NCBI GenBank assembly: GCA_964386655.1
Contig: CAYLSJ010000003.1
Coordinates: forward strand, 1-27,445
From: an uncultured Candidatus Bathyarchaeia archaeon
Lineage (GTDB): Archaea; Thermoproteota; Bathyarchaeia; Bathyarchaeales; Bathyarchaeaceae
Length of the DNA: 27,445 nt
Reading direction: 5' to 3'
The translations under genes and the position numbers were made by a program. The notes below the pieces were generated by a model. The model saw nothing but the letters and a program-made list of their open reading frames with translations. It made no database searches and was not told the origin of the DNA. Position 1 is the stretch's first letter, and each line of letters begins with the position of its first letter. Shown one piece after another: positions 1 through 8,147 of the stretch.

Positions 1-97
1 TGCGAATGGCAGCCTTGTTTTCTACATGAACTCTCAGATACGCCTGTTTGCAGCCACAGCCCTTCAACTGCTCCAAAGCAAACTGCACGAGCGCGCG
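1..97 (-). pseudogene. 5'-truncated GNAT acetyltransferase remnant (3' end runs off the window)
   Basis: Minus frame 97->2 reads RALVQFALEQLKGCGCKQAYLRVHVENKAAIR. Residues VQF...AIR are 25/29 identical to the GNAT at the right end of the window. There is an in-frame TAG at 98-100 and no room for an N-terminal half before the MFS stop at 125. Confidence 0.75.
4..90 (+). repeat. Direct repeat, left copy (partner 27338-27424)
   Basis: Manual ungapped alignment gives 76/87 nt identical. Confidence 0.95.
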
Positions 98-100
98 CTA
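90..100. repeat. (GC)n palindrome copy 1, AGCGCGCGCTA
   Basis: Seen directly. The GNAT homology ends here. Confidence 0.85.
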
Positions 101-124
101 TACCCGTACCTTCCAGAATAGGTT

Positions 125-1255
125 TCAACGTTCTTGTTTTAGGGTATACAAAGAGAGCACCGAGAAAACCGTGAAGAAAATCCCTGACGCAGCGAATATT
201 GGCATATATCCTAAGGATTGGGCGACAAATCCGGCACCCAACACGGAAGAGAACTCAGCAAGCCTCACGGGTATGTGGAGCAATCCTATATCAACAGAGA
301 CAGTCACTCTATTGTCCGTGGCTCTAGCAATTATAGACTCGAAGAAGCCTAGTCCAAGGCCACTTGCGACAGCCAGTGATAAGAAAAGCGCAGGAAAGAA
401 GAAGCCTGAGCTTGCCAACAAAAATGTTGCAAACAAGGCGATTAGACTCTGAACTGCAACTCGTCCAATTTCTAACGGGACCTTTAAGGTGCAGATTGCC
501 ACCAAAAAAGAAACCACATTGAAAAGCATAAAGGCCATCCCTATTGAAATATAACCATATCCCAGTTTTTGAGCCATAAAAACTGGCAGGAGCAACGCTT
601 CAAGAGGATATAGCGCAAGGCTATAAAATAACATAGCACATGAGACAAGCCAGAATGTTTTACTCCTACCTCTCGGATCGAGCAAGGCGATTGCATTTAG
701 AATCTTTGGCTTCGAATTCCTTTTATTAGCGCGCCAAAGCAGCGCAGCAGGAATCCCTATGATAGATGACGCTACAATCAAAATGCCCAGCGTAAATGAA
801 AACCCAAGGTAAGCAATCCCAAGGCCCGATACGGCGCTACCGATAGCAAAGGACAACACTATGACAGCAGATATCCTTGTCGCTTCCTTTCCTTTTTGTT
901 TGGGTGACAATGAAAAGACTGCAGTTCTGTTCACTGCCCAATAGGAAGATTCTTTCACTGCTTCTACGATCTTTCCAAGAAGAAAGACAAAAGTGGAGTT
1001 TGCGAGAAAATATATTGTAGTCGAAAGAAGAGTTCCAGGCCAGTTCAATAGGATAAAGAAAGGAGCCCATCCCAGCTGATCTGCAACTGCGGCAAACAAT
1101 AACCGGACAAAAAGGAATACTAGAGGTAGAATAGATATGACGAGGCCAATCTCTGCCAAATTGACGTTTCTCTCCAAAAGCAACAATGGGATTGTTAATG
1201 CAAGTCCTCCTGATACGAAATAGTTGAGGAATGTTATTACAACTATTCTCTTCAT
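125..1255 (-). CDS. MFS transporter (376 aa)
   Basis: About 12 hydrophobic segments in a 6+6 arrangement, a degenerate motif A (AAVADQLGW), and a GGAAGG SD-like site upstream of the ATG. Confidence 0.85.
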   Translation of the reverse strand: MKRIVVITFLNYFVSGGLALTIPLLLLERNVNLAEIGLVISILPLVFLFVRLLFAAVADQLGWAPFFILLNWPGTLLSTTIYFLANSTFVFLLGKIVEAVKESSYWAVNRTAVFSLSPKQKGKEATRISAVIVLSFAIGSAVSGLGIAYLGFSFTLGILIVASSIIGIPAALLWRANKRNSKPKILNAIALLDPRGRSKTFWLVSCAMLFYSLALYPLEALLLPVFMAQKLGYGYISIGMAFMLFNVVSFLVAICTLKVPLEIGRVAVQSLIALFATFLLASSGFFFPALFLSLAVASGLGLGFFESIIARATDNRVTVSVDIGLLHIPVRLAEFSSVLGAGFVAQSLGYMPIFAASGIFFTVFSVLSLYTLKQER

Positions 1256-1336
1256 CTACCCTTCCGCCAACATATAGTGGAGTGATATAGATCTATTTTT
1301 GATTGCCTTTTAGATTTGGCAGCGTCTTGAAATTAG

Positions 1337-1346
1337 TAGCGCGCTA
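1337..1346. repeat. (GC)n palindrome copy 2, TAGCGCGCTA
   Basis: Perfect 10-bp palindrome in the divergent intergenic region between the two MFS genes. Confidence 0.75.
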
Positions 1347-1501
1347 GTGAGATTTCGATATGTCAAGGCGCCCACACTCAAACGAAGCTTAACTCATCCA
1401 CATGATAAGACAGAATACCCTGTGTTGATGTGATGGAAGATAAGCAAGCGTCATATAGAGTTTCTTTAAATCATTAAGACTAAGCTAAGAAGGGTTTGAC
1501 T

Positions 1502-2713
1502 ATGTTAAGGCACGTCGGCAATTGGCTGAAAAAGGTTTTGGCGTTTAAAGGCAACATTCGAACCCTATCCATAACCTCATTGGTAGGAGGAACATCCCTT
1601 ATCCTGCTGAGAGTCACACTGCAACCCTTTGTCTTAAGCTTAGGAGTCTCCATGGCCTTCGTTGGGCTTCTTGAAACTTTTGGAGGTCGAGGCGGAGTGA
1701 TTACATCGCTTATACAACCTTTTGCTGGCTGGCTTTCCGATAGAAAAGGAAGAAGATTATTCGTCATTCTAGGAAGCGCCTTTTCATTCATAGCCTTGAC
1801 CTTTAGTGTTTTTGCAAGTCATTTTCAGATGTGGATATGGCTGGCTCCTGCCCTAATGGCGTTGGGGTTATCTGGAATAAGTCTGCCAGCGGCTGACTCA
1901 ACTGCAGCAGAATCTGTGGAGATAAACGAAAGAAGCATGGCATTTAGTGTCATAATGTTTTTTTCGTTACTTCCTGGAATATTCGCCTCTGTCCTTGGGG
2001 GTTTCATCGCAGATAAATTCGGCTTCACCTCTGTGTTTCTGTTAGGAGCAGTTCTGCAAGTTTTCAATTTTATCTTGATTTGGTTTCTTGTTAAAGAAAC
2101 ATTGCAAACCTATTCCAGAATAAACTTTTCAGAGCTAGTAAAATCTTTCAAATCGCTTTTGACTCCAATCAAGAATTTGAGAGGCTTCTATATTGCAATC
2201 ACTTCTGACTCATTCTTTTGGGCGATAGGCGCCGCAATACTCTCTGGGCTTCTTCGCAAAACATATAATTTCTCGAATTTTCAGCTGGGTATGATGTCAA
2301 GCATATTGTTTGTTTCCTCAGCCTGCTCTCAGCTACCAATGGGCCTATTAGTTAATAGGTATGGATGCAAGAAGCTGTTGCTGCTTTCAGAAATTATCGG
2401 AATTCTAATGATGGCAGGATGGTTGACGTTTTCCAGTTTCGAAGCCTTCGCCTTTCTTCAGATTCTCATGGGCTTGGTCGTCACAACATGGGTTCCTGCA
2501 ATAAAAACATTTTTGGCGAATAGCGTTCCAGAAGAGAGTAGAGCAGAGGCTTTAGGGAAGCTAGCAGCTTTTAGGGGTTTAGTTGGATTTCCTGCGCCTT
2601 ATTTAGGAGGCTTGCTCTATGACACGATGGGGTTCGCGGCGCCGATAACAGCTGGTCTCATTGGCGTAATATTCACGCTGATCCTCATTTTCCTACTTGT
2701 GCATGATCCGTAA
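1502..2713 (+). CDS. MFS transporter (about 403 aa; ATG 1502 preferred over TTG 1496)
   Basis: Motif A GWLSDRKGRR, its C-half repeat GLLVNRYGCK, and about 12 TM segments. Confidence 0.9.
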   Translation: MLRHVGNWLKKVLAFKGNIRTLSITSLVGGTSLILLRVTLQPFVLSLGVSMAFVGLLETFGGRGGVITSLIQPFAGWLSDRKGRRLFVILGSAFSFIALTFSVFASHFQMWIWLAPALMALGLSGISLPAADSTAAESVEINERSMAFSVIMFFSLLPGIFASVLGGFIADKFGFTSVFLLGAVLQVFNFILIWFLVKETLQTYSRINFSELVKSFKSLLTPIKNLRGFYIAITSDSFFWAIGAAILSGLLRKTYNFSNFQLGMMSSILFVSSACSQLPMGLLVNRYGCKKLLLLSEIIGILMMAGWLTFSSFEAFAFLQILMGLVVTTWVPAIKTFLANSVPEESRAEALGKLAAFRGLVGFPAPYLGGLLYDTMGFAAPITAGLIGVIFTLILIFLLVHDP

Positions 2714-2793
2714 GAACCCTTTCTTGAAGCGTGCGAAGAGATCAGTGTCATCGGGGCTTGAGGTGCGCGAGGCAGACTCTCTAAGCCCTGTTC

Positions 2794-4581
2794 TTAAGCT
2801 TCACTGAGCTTCATGTACTTCTTGAAGAATTCCATCATCCTCTTGTATGAGTCAATACGATTTTCAAGTCGCCTAAACATATGACCTTCGTCTGGGTATA
2901 TCTTGTATTCAAACGTTTTTCCATGCTTCTTAAGAAGATCGATTACTTGATAAGCCTCTGTGACAGGGCATCTTGGATCTTTAGCTCCATGAAGTATGAG
3001 GACGGGAGCCTTAATTCTATCAAGGAAGTAAATTGGCGATCTGTCATGATAGAACTCTGGATTGCTTTCAGGTGTGCCCACTTTCTGAGCGTCAGAGAAC
3101 TTGAGGTATTCCCTTTCTGTCTCGTACTCGGTTTTCCAGTTGAAGAAGCCAACCATAGTGACTCCTGCAGCCCAAACATCAGGATACTTTGTCAAGGCAA
3201 TCATAGCCATGAAGCCGCCGTAGCTTCCGCCATATATCCCTATTCTATCAGGGTCTGCAAGTCCCGAGTCTTTCAGATAGTTAGTTGCTGCCACAACATC
3301 CATGAGGTCTCCTCCGCCAAGGTCTTTGTCGCTCATGCGCAGAAACCTGCGACCATAGCCCGTGCTGCCCCTGAAGTTTGGAGATATAACTACGAATCCA
3401 TTAGAAACCAAGAACTGAAAGTACGGGTTCCAAATGTTCATGACTTGAGCCTCAGGTCCTCCATGAGGTACAACTAAAGCAGGCGCTTTTCTTGCTCCAA
3501 CTCTTATGGGCGTATAAATCCAAGCTGGAACCTCTAATCCATCTAGTGACTTGTATCTGACGACTTTAGGTTCTGCAAGCTCTTTTCTGTCAACCTCATT
3601 CCATAGAGACACAGTTATTTGTTCAAGCTTTCCAGTCAAATCCACTGTCCAGATATCTGGCGGGTTTTTCGGACCTGAATAGAGAAAGAAAGCCTTGTCG
3701 CCTTTTAGGCTCCATGCTGGGAATGTACAGACTCCTTCATTGAAACCTAATTGTTGCGTTTTAGCACCCTTTAGAGGTTTAACCTTCAGCAGCAGATTTC
3801 CTTCGATGTTTTCCGTGAAGGCCATCTTAGAAGCATCTGGCGACCACGTGGGAGAACTCTTCTCAAAAGATGTTTTCTCAAACCATTGCTCCTTTTCATT
3901 TTCCAGATTGTATACACAGACATTGTGGAAGTTGTCGACGTTTGATGTAAACGCCAGTTTTGCGCCATCTGGAGACCATGGATCTTGTCCGATTCCGATT
4001 TCGCCTCTTGGATGACTCACAATTTTCTTCGACACTTTATCTTTCATGTCCAGTAACCAGAGGCTTCGATTTATGAAGCCTCGAAGGAAAGCAGCGTATC
4101 TACCGTTGGGTGATAACGAATGCAATAATGCTGGTTCTTCGCCTTCGGTCAATCTTTCGATTTCGCCTGTTTCCGCGGAAAGCCTAAATAGATTCAGGTT
4201 GTCTCCGCCTCTGTTGGATATAAAAACAATCCACTTGCCGTCGGGAGTCCACCTTGGGCTGTGATTGTCGTGAGGGTCATTTGTTAACCTAGAGGGTTTG
4301 CCACCGTCTGCGTGAATAGTGAAAATGTCGAAATTTTCATCACCAGCTCTGTCAGAAACATAGGCAATTTGCTTGCCGTTCGGCGACCATCTCGGTTCTA
4401 AAGCTGACTCTGGTCCTTCTGTAAGTTTGCGGACTTCTTCGCTTCTAAGATCCTTTATGTATATGTCCCATTTGCCCTCTTTATTCCACGAAAACGCTAC
4501 TTTATTTCCATCAGAGGATACATCAAATTGGAAAACCTGTGGTACTCGAGTTAAGGCTTCAAGAGAAAGAACTTTAGTCAT
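2794..4581 (-). CDS. S9 family serine peptidase (acylaminoacyl/dipeptidyl-peptidase-like, S9C-type) with N-terminal PD40/TolB-like beta-propeller
   Basis: Repeats of P.WSPDG/WSPNG, nucleophile GGSYGG, Asp in HGAKDPRC, His in DEGHMF. No signal peptide. SD GAGGTGAGG at 4584-4592 (minus). Confidence 0.93.
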   Translation of the reverse strand: MTKVLSLEALTRVPQVFQFDVSSDGNKVAFSWNKEGKWDIYIKDLRSEEVRKLTEGPESALEPRWSPNGKQIAYVSDRAGDENFDIFTIHADGGKPSRLTNDPHDNHSPRWTPDGKWIVFISNRGGDNLNLFRLSAETGEIERLTEGEEPALLHSLSPNGRYAAFLRGFINRSLWLLDMKDKVSKKIVSHPRGEIGIGQDPWSPDGAKLAFTSNVDNFHNVCVYNLENEKEQWFEKTSFEKSSPTWSPDASKMAFTENIEGNLLLKVKPLKGAKTQQLGFNEGVCTFPAWSLKGDKAFFLYSGPKNPPDIWTVDLTGKLEQITVSLWNEVDRKELAEPKVVRYKSLDGLEVPAWIYTPIRVGARKAPALVVPHGGPEAQVMNIWNPYFQFLVSNGFVVISPNFRGSTGYGRRFLRMSDKDLGGGDLMDVVAATNYLKDSGLADPDRIGIYGGSYGGFMAMIALTKYPDVWAAGVTMVGFFNWKTEYETEREYLKFSDAQKVGTPESNPEFYHDRSPIYFLDRIKAPVLILHGAKDPRCPVTEAYQVIDLLKKHGKTFEYKIYPDEGHMFRRLENRIDSYKRMMEFFKKYMKLSEA

Positions 4582-4715
4582 TTCCTCACCTCATGCGTGT
4601 TTACTTACAGCCTAGGCTTTAAAAGTCTTTATTTGGGTTCTTGCTCCGGGTAGCAAGAAAGATTTATCCACAAAAATCGTGGCTATATGATTGATTGTTA
4701 AAGGTGAGCTTTCAA
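4582..4715. promoter_or_regulatory. Divergent promoter region for the S9 and M14 peptidase genes
   Basis: Minus-strand AAAGACTTTTAAAG (about 4617-4630), plus-strand AAGAAAGATTTAT (4655-4667), and SD sites on both sides (GAGGTGAGG; AGGTGA at 4702-4707). Confidence 0.55.
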
Positions 4716-6425
4716 ATGAGTGAAGAAAACGAGTTTGATTTCAACCACTACTTCAAATACGAAGAATTGACTTTGTTTCTCAAAAAAATGGAGGAAAAAC
4801 ACGCGGGTATTGCCAAGCTACACAGCCTTTGCAAAAGTAGTACGGGCAGAGATGTATGGCTCCTTGAAATAACTAACTTTGAAACTGGACTTGGAAGAGA
4901 CAAGCCCGGTTACTACATTGATGGAAACACTCACGCCAGCGAGGTCGCGGGCTCCATGGTTTGTCTTTACACGATTCGGCACCTGCTAACAACATATGGG
5001 AAAGACGACTTTGTGAAAGAGCTTCTGAACTCTAAAGTTATATACGTTCTACCCAGAATCGATGTAGACGGAGCCGAAGTATTTCTCACAACACCTCAAG
5101 TCTGGTTAGGAACTGCGAAATTCTACCCCTTCGCTGAAGAGGAATGGGGAAGAAGAGAGGGGCTTTATGGAGAAGACGTGAATGGAGACGGCTACATTAC
5201 CCAAATGAGAATTAAAGATCCAAATGGCGACTGGAAAATCTCAGACAAGGATCCAAGGCTCATGATTAAGCGGCGTCCAGAGGAAACTGGAGGCTCCTAT
5301 TATAAGGTCTATTTGGAAGGGTTGATACTCAATTATAGAGGAGATGAAATCAAGATAGCCCCAGCAAAGTATGGAATGAACTTGAACAGAAATTTTCCCG
5401 GCGATTGGGTTCCTGAGAACGTTCAACCTGGAAGCGGGCTTGTCCCCATCTCAGAACCAGAGGTAAGGGCTGTTGTGGATTTCTGGCTTAGCCATCCTAA
5501 CATTGGAGGCATGGTGACTTATCACACTCATGGAGGAGTGATTGTTAGAGCGTTTGACAACAAGCCTGATTCAGAGTTTATCGAGAAAGATCTTGTTCTC
5601 TTCAAGACAATTGGTGCAATGGGTACCGAGATTACTGGTTACCCAGATGTTTCTAGTTTCGAAGAGTTCACCCGTGATAAGAAGAAGCCTCGGCACGGAT
5701 GCACAGATGGCTGGACCTATCTAAGCCGAGGCATTCCAGGTTTTTGCTTGGAACTTTGGGACCTAGCAAAACATTCCGGTCTAGGTGGCTTCAAGGAGAG
5801 GGGAGGAGTCTATTTCAGATTGGATGCGTTGAAAGAGGAAGATGCCCTTAAGCCTCTTCTTTGGTTGGACAAAGAGCTGAACGGACAAGGTTTCAGCAAC
5901 TGGCATTCGTTCAAGCATCCTCAACTTGGAGATGTGGAGATAGGTGGTTGGAGTATGAAGTTTACTTGGAGGAATCCTCCGGAGAGGTTCTTAGGAGAAG
6001 AATGTAAAAGAGTATTTATGTTTCCTCTAAGACATGCGTCTCTACTACCCCTAGTTAAGATAACGAGTTCAAAAGCAATCAAAGTTGCTCAAGAAGTCTT
6101 CAGAATAGAGATGATAGTAGAAAATCTAGGCTTCCTTCCAACAAACATTTCCGAACAAGCTGTTCAAGCTAATGCAGTCAAGCCCGTTGTTGCCTATATC
6201 GGATTAAACGAAGACGCGAGTCTTCTCATCGGTCGAGAATGGGTTGAAATAGGACATTTGAAAGGCTTGTTTGATAAGCTTCCAGAACTGCCAGCGCCAA
6301 CAATGGAAGAGGGTTCAAAAAAGAAAATCGAATGGATAGTGAAGGCGGTGAAATCTAAGAAAGTTAAGTTGACTGTGCAGTCGGAAAAAGGAGGCACAGA
6401 CACCAAAGAGGTGCAATTAGAGTAA
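4716..6425 (+). CDS. M14 zinc carboxypeptidase family protein (start likely ATG 4716)
   Basis: Zn motif GNTHASE (HxxE), NLNRNF, YHTHG third ligand, candidate catalytic Glu in LELW. No signal peptide. Confidence 0.9.
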   Translation: MSEENEFDFNHYFKYEELTLFLKKMEEKHAGIAKLHSLCKSSTGRDVWLLEITNFETGLGRDKPGYYIDGNTHASEVAGSMVCLYTIRHLLTTYGKDDFVKELLNSKVIYVLPRIDVDGAEVFLTTPQVWLGTAKFYPFAEEEWGRREGLYGEDVNGDGYITQMRIKDPNGDWKISDKDPRLMIKRRPEETGGSYYKVYLEGLILNYRGDEIKIAPAKYGMNLNRNFPGDWVPENVQPGSGLVPISEPEVRAVVDFWLSHPNIGGMVTYHTHGGVIVRAFDNKPDSEFIEKDLVLFKTIGAMGTEITGYPDVSSFEEFTRDKKKPRHGCTDGWTYLSRGIPGFCLELWDLAKHSGLGGFKERGGVYFRLDALKEEDALKPLLWLDKELNGQGFSNWHSFKHPQLGDVEIGGWSMKFTWRNPPERFLGEECKRVFMFPLRHASLLPLVKITSSKAIKVAQEVFRIEMIVENLGFLPTNISEQAVQANAVKPVVAYIGLNEDASLLIGREWVEIGHLKGLFDKLPELPAPTMEEGSKKKIEWIVKAVKSKKVKLTVQSEKGGTDTKEVQLE

Positions 6426-6589
6426 ACCCCCTCTTGTTCTTCTACAAAGTTCTAGAGAGTTTGTTCAACTGCTCCCGTTTATAAACATACATCTGCGAAT
6501 TGAATATTCTGCAATCTGCTAAATGAGATGTTGCTCCGAATTTCCTACCGTCCTAGAAATATCTTCATTCGGAATAGTTATCCCCATCC

Positions 6590-6603
6590 AAAAACCTTTA
6601 AAA
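6590..6603 (+). promoter_or_regulatory. BRE/TATA-like box
   Basis: AAAAACCTTTAAAA about 30 nt upstream of ATG 6633. Confidence 0.55.
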
Positions 6604-6632
6604 CCTGTTTCCAATCCTAATTGTCGGGAACC

Positions 6633-7106
6633 ATGCAAAAGAGCTCACTTTGGTCTCTTGGAAGAATTTTTCTGAGAGTGTGCGCCTTTGGAGTTGTCAT
6701 ATTCATAATCTTGAATTTAGCTGCGCGCACTTCTGGGGTAGGCTACACTACTCAGTACAGACTCGTATCTGGAGAAGCTTTGGTGTATGGAAAAAGTGGG
6801 GGACCACGTACAGCTGAGATGAATGTCATTTCCTTAGAAATCTATTACAACCCTCTACTCTTTCCAATGAGCCACTTGTCAGGAAATGGCAAATATTCTG
6901 GCATAACCTGGACACTTCAATATCCTGAGGAAAATGTGGAAGAAGTCGCAGCATTGATAAGAGTATTTCGGGAATTGCCAATTAATCTGCCTTATCTTTT
7001 CACGGTTAGTTTTGTATCTGGTTTAATCCTAGAAGAACTAGCGTTCCATTTATCAAAAGGGCGGCTTGAAAGGAAAGGAGTTATGAGTAAAGGAGAGCTT
7101 GTCTAG
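6633..7106 (+). CDS. Hypothetical membrane protein (two TM segments; start likely ATG 6633)
   Basis: Hydrophobic segments near the N- and C-termini, a promoter-like box upstream, and no competing ORF. Confidence 0.7.
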   Translation: MQKSSLWSLGRIFLRVCAFGVVIFIILNLAARTSGVGYTTQYRLVSGEALVYGKSGGPRTAEMNVISLEIYYNPLLFPMSHLSGNGKYSGITWTLQYPEENVEEVAALIRVFRELPINLPYLFTVSFVSGLILEELAFHLSKGRLERKGVMSKGELV

Positions 7107-7317
7107 CACTCCTTAGGACCATGTTCAATAATTAGTTACCAAACGATCGTCTTTTAAGAAAACCTTTGGAGCAACCACTTGCATAAGAAGGTTTATAGTG
7201 AGAATTATCTGCTAGGACGGATTCTCCATTATAAAGATTAAGATTCTGATGGTTGAATTTAACCGATCATAAGGTCGAAAGGTTGATAAAATCGCAGAGC
7301 CTATATTTTTCTTAGCA

Positions 7318-8001
7318 TTGTTAAGACGCAGTGTGGTTTCTTCTTTGAACAAGCGTTTCTTGGCTTTCGGAATAATTCTTCTATTTCTAGGGGTTGTTCT
7401 CGCCTCGAACTTCAACTTGCCCGTAGAGAAGCCCCCTCGAAACGTTACGGTTGATAGTGTCTCACAAGCTTGGGCATTTTCTAAGAAAAGCAGTTTTGAA
7501 GCAGGGGATATCGTGGTCGTGCGTCTCGTAGCTGGAGAAGGCTGGTGGACGCTTTTTGCAAGAGCTCCTCCTGGATACGCCCACCCTGTTAATATGACAG
7601 TAGTCGGTCCCACAGAACATGAAACTACCTTCATGGTTTTCTTTGCAGCGATGTCGCAGCCTGAACCTGACCCAGAGACCGGAGAGATTCCATTATATGT
7701 GTATAACATTACATACGCCAAGCCTTTGAGTGAAGATTTGGAGTTTAGAGAACCTCGTGAAATAGGAGGAATCGTTAAACGTGCTGGTGAATACTTCGTT
7801 CGTTGTGACAGGGGAACGTACTGGCCACGCTCTCCGCCATCTGAGCTCGTATTATATAAGGAGGTTCATGAAAAGGAATATCCCTACGCCTTTCTTCTTC
7901 CCGTAGGAACAGTATTCGGTGTCTCAGGTGTTGCCGTATCAATGTGGGGAGCCAAGGGTGAAAGACATAAAATGAGAACTAAGCGGAAAGCAAAGCGCTG
8001 A
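7318..8001 (+). CDS. Hypothetical membrane protein with N- and C-terminal TM and an extracellular beta-rich domain (true start may be TTG 7345)
   Basis: KRFLAFGIILLFLGVVLA N-terminal helix, C-terminal LLPVGTVFGVSGVAVSMWG followed by a basic tail, co-oriented with its neighbours. Confidence 0.75.
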   Translation: MLRRSVVSSLNKRFLAFGIILLFLGVVLASNFNLPVEKPPRNVTVDSVSQAWAFSKKSSFEAGDIVVVRLVAGEGWWTLFARAPPGYAHPVNMTVVGPTEHETTFMVFFAAMSQPEPDPETGEIPLYVYNITYAKPLSEDLEFREPREIGGIVKRAGEYFVRCDRGTYWPRSPPSELVLYKEVHEKEYPYAFLLPVGTVFGVSGVAVSMWGAKGERHKMRTKRKAKR

Positions 8002-8147
8002 ATATTAAGCTGAACAAAGGCTGTATGTGCGAAGCCTTGATTCTTGATTTTCAGCTTCAACTAGGTCTGAATCTGTCAAATAGTAAGGTATAAAAAGATA
8101 TATTTCATATATGATGCCTCACATTCGAGATATGGCGGAGAAGGTTT

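Noticed and set aside
86-91. CACGAG next to palindrome copies 1 and 3 as an independent signal (restriction-site-like)
   Set aside because: CACGAG/CTCGTG also occurs several times inside genes (for example near 7753, 8246, 23098, 24116 and 24307), so on its own it is not junction-specific.
48-452. 134-aa plus-strand ORF
   Set aside because: Antisense shadow of the MFS gene and GNAT remnant, with no recognisable motifs.
1480-2067. Minus-strand ORFs of 103 and 80 aa
   Set aside because: Antisense to a well-supported MFS gene.
2881-3477. 198-aa plus-strand ORF (and other short ORFs inside the S9 gene)
   Set aside because: Antisense to the catalytic domain of the S9 peptidase, with no family features.
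5173-5205. DVNGDGYIT motif in the M14 peptidase resembling a dockerin Ca loop
   Set aside because: Single internal Dx[DN]xDG loop with no second repeat or helices, in a protein with no signal peptide. It is not a dockerin.
7212-7721. 169-aa minus-strand ORF
   Set aside because: Overlaps the plus-strand membrane protein, which has coherent TM topology and matches the local gene orientation.
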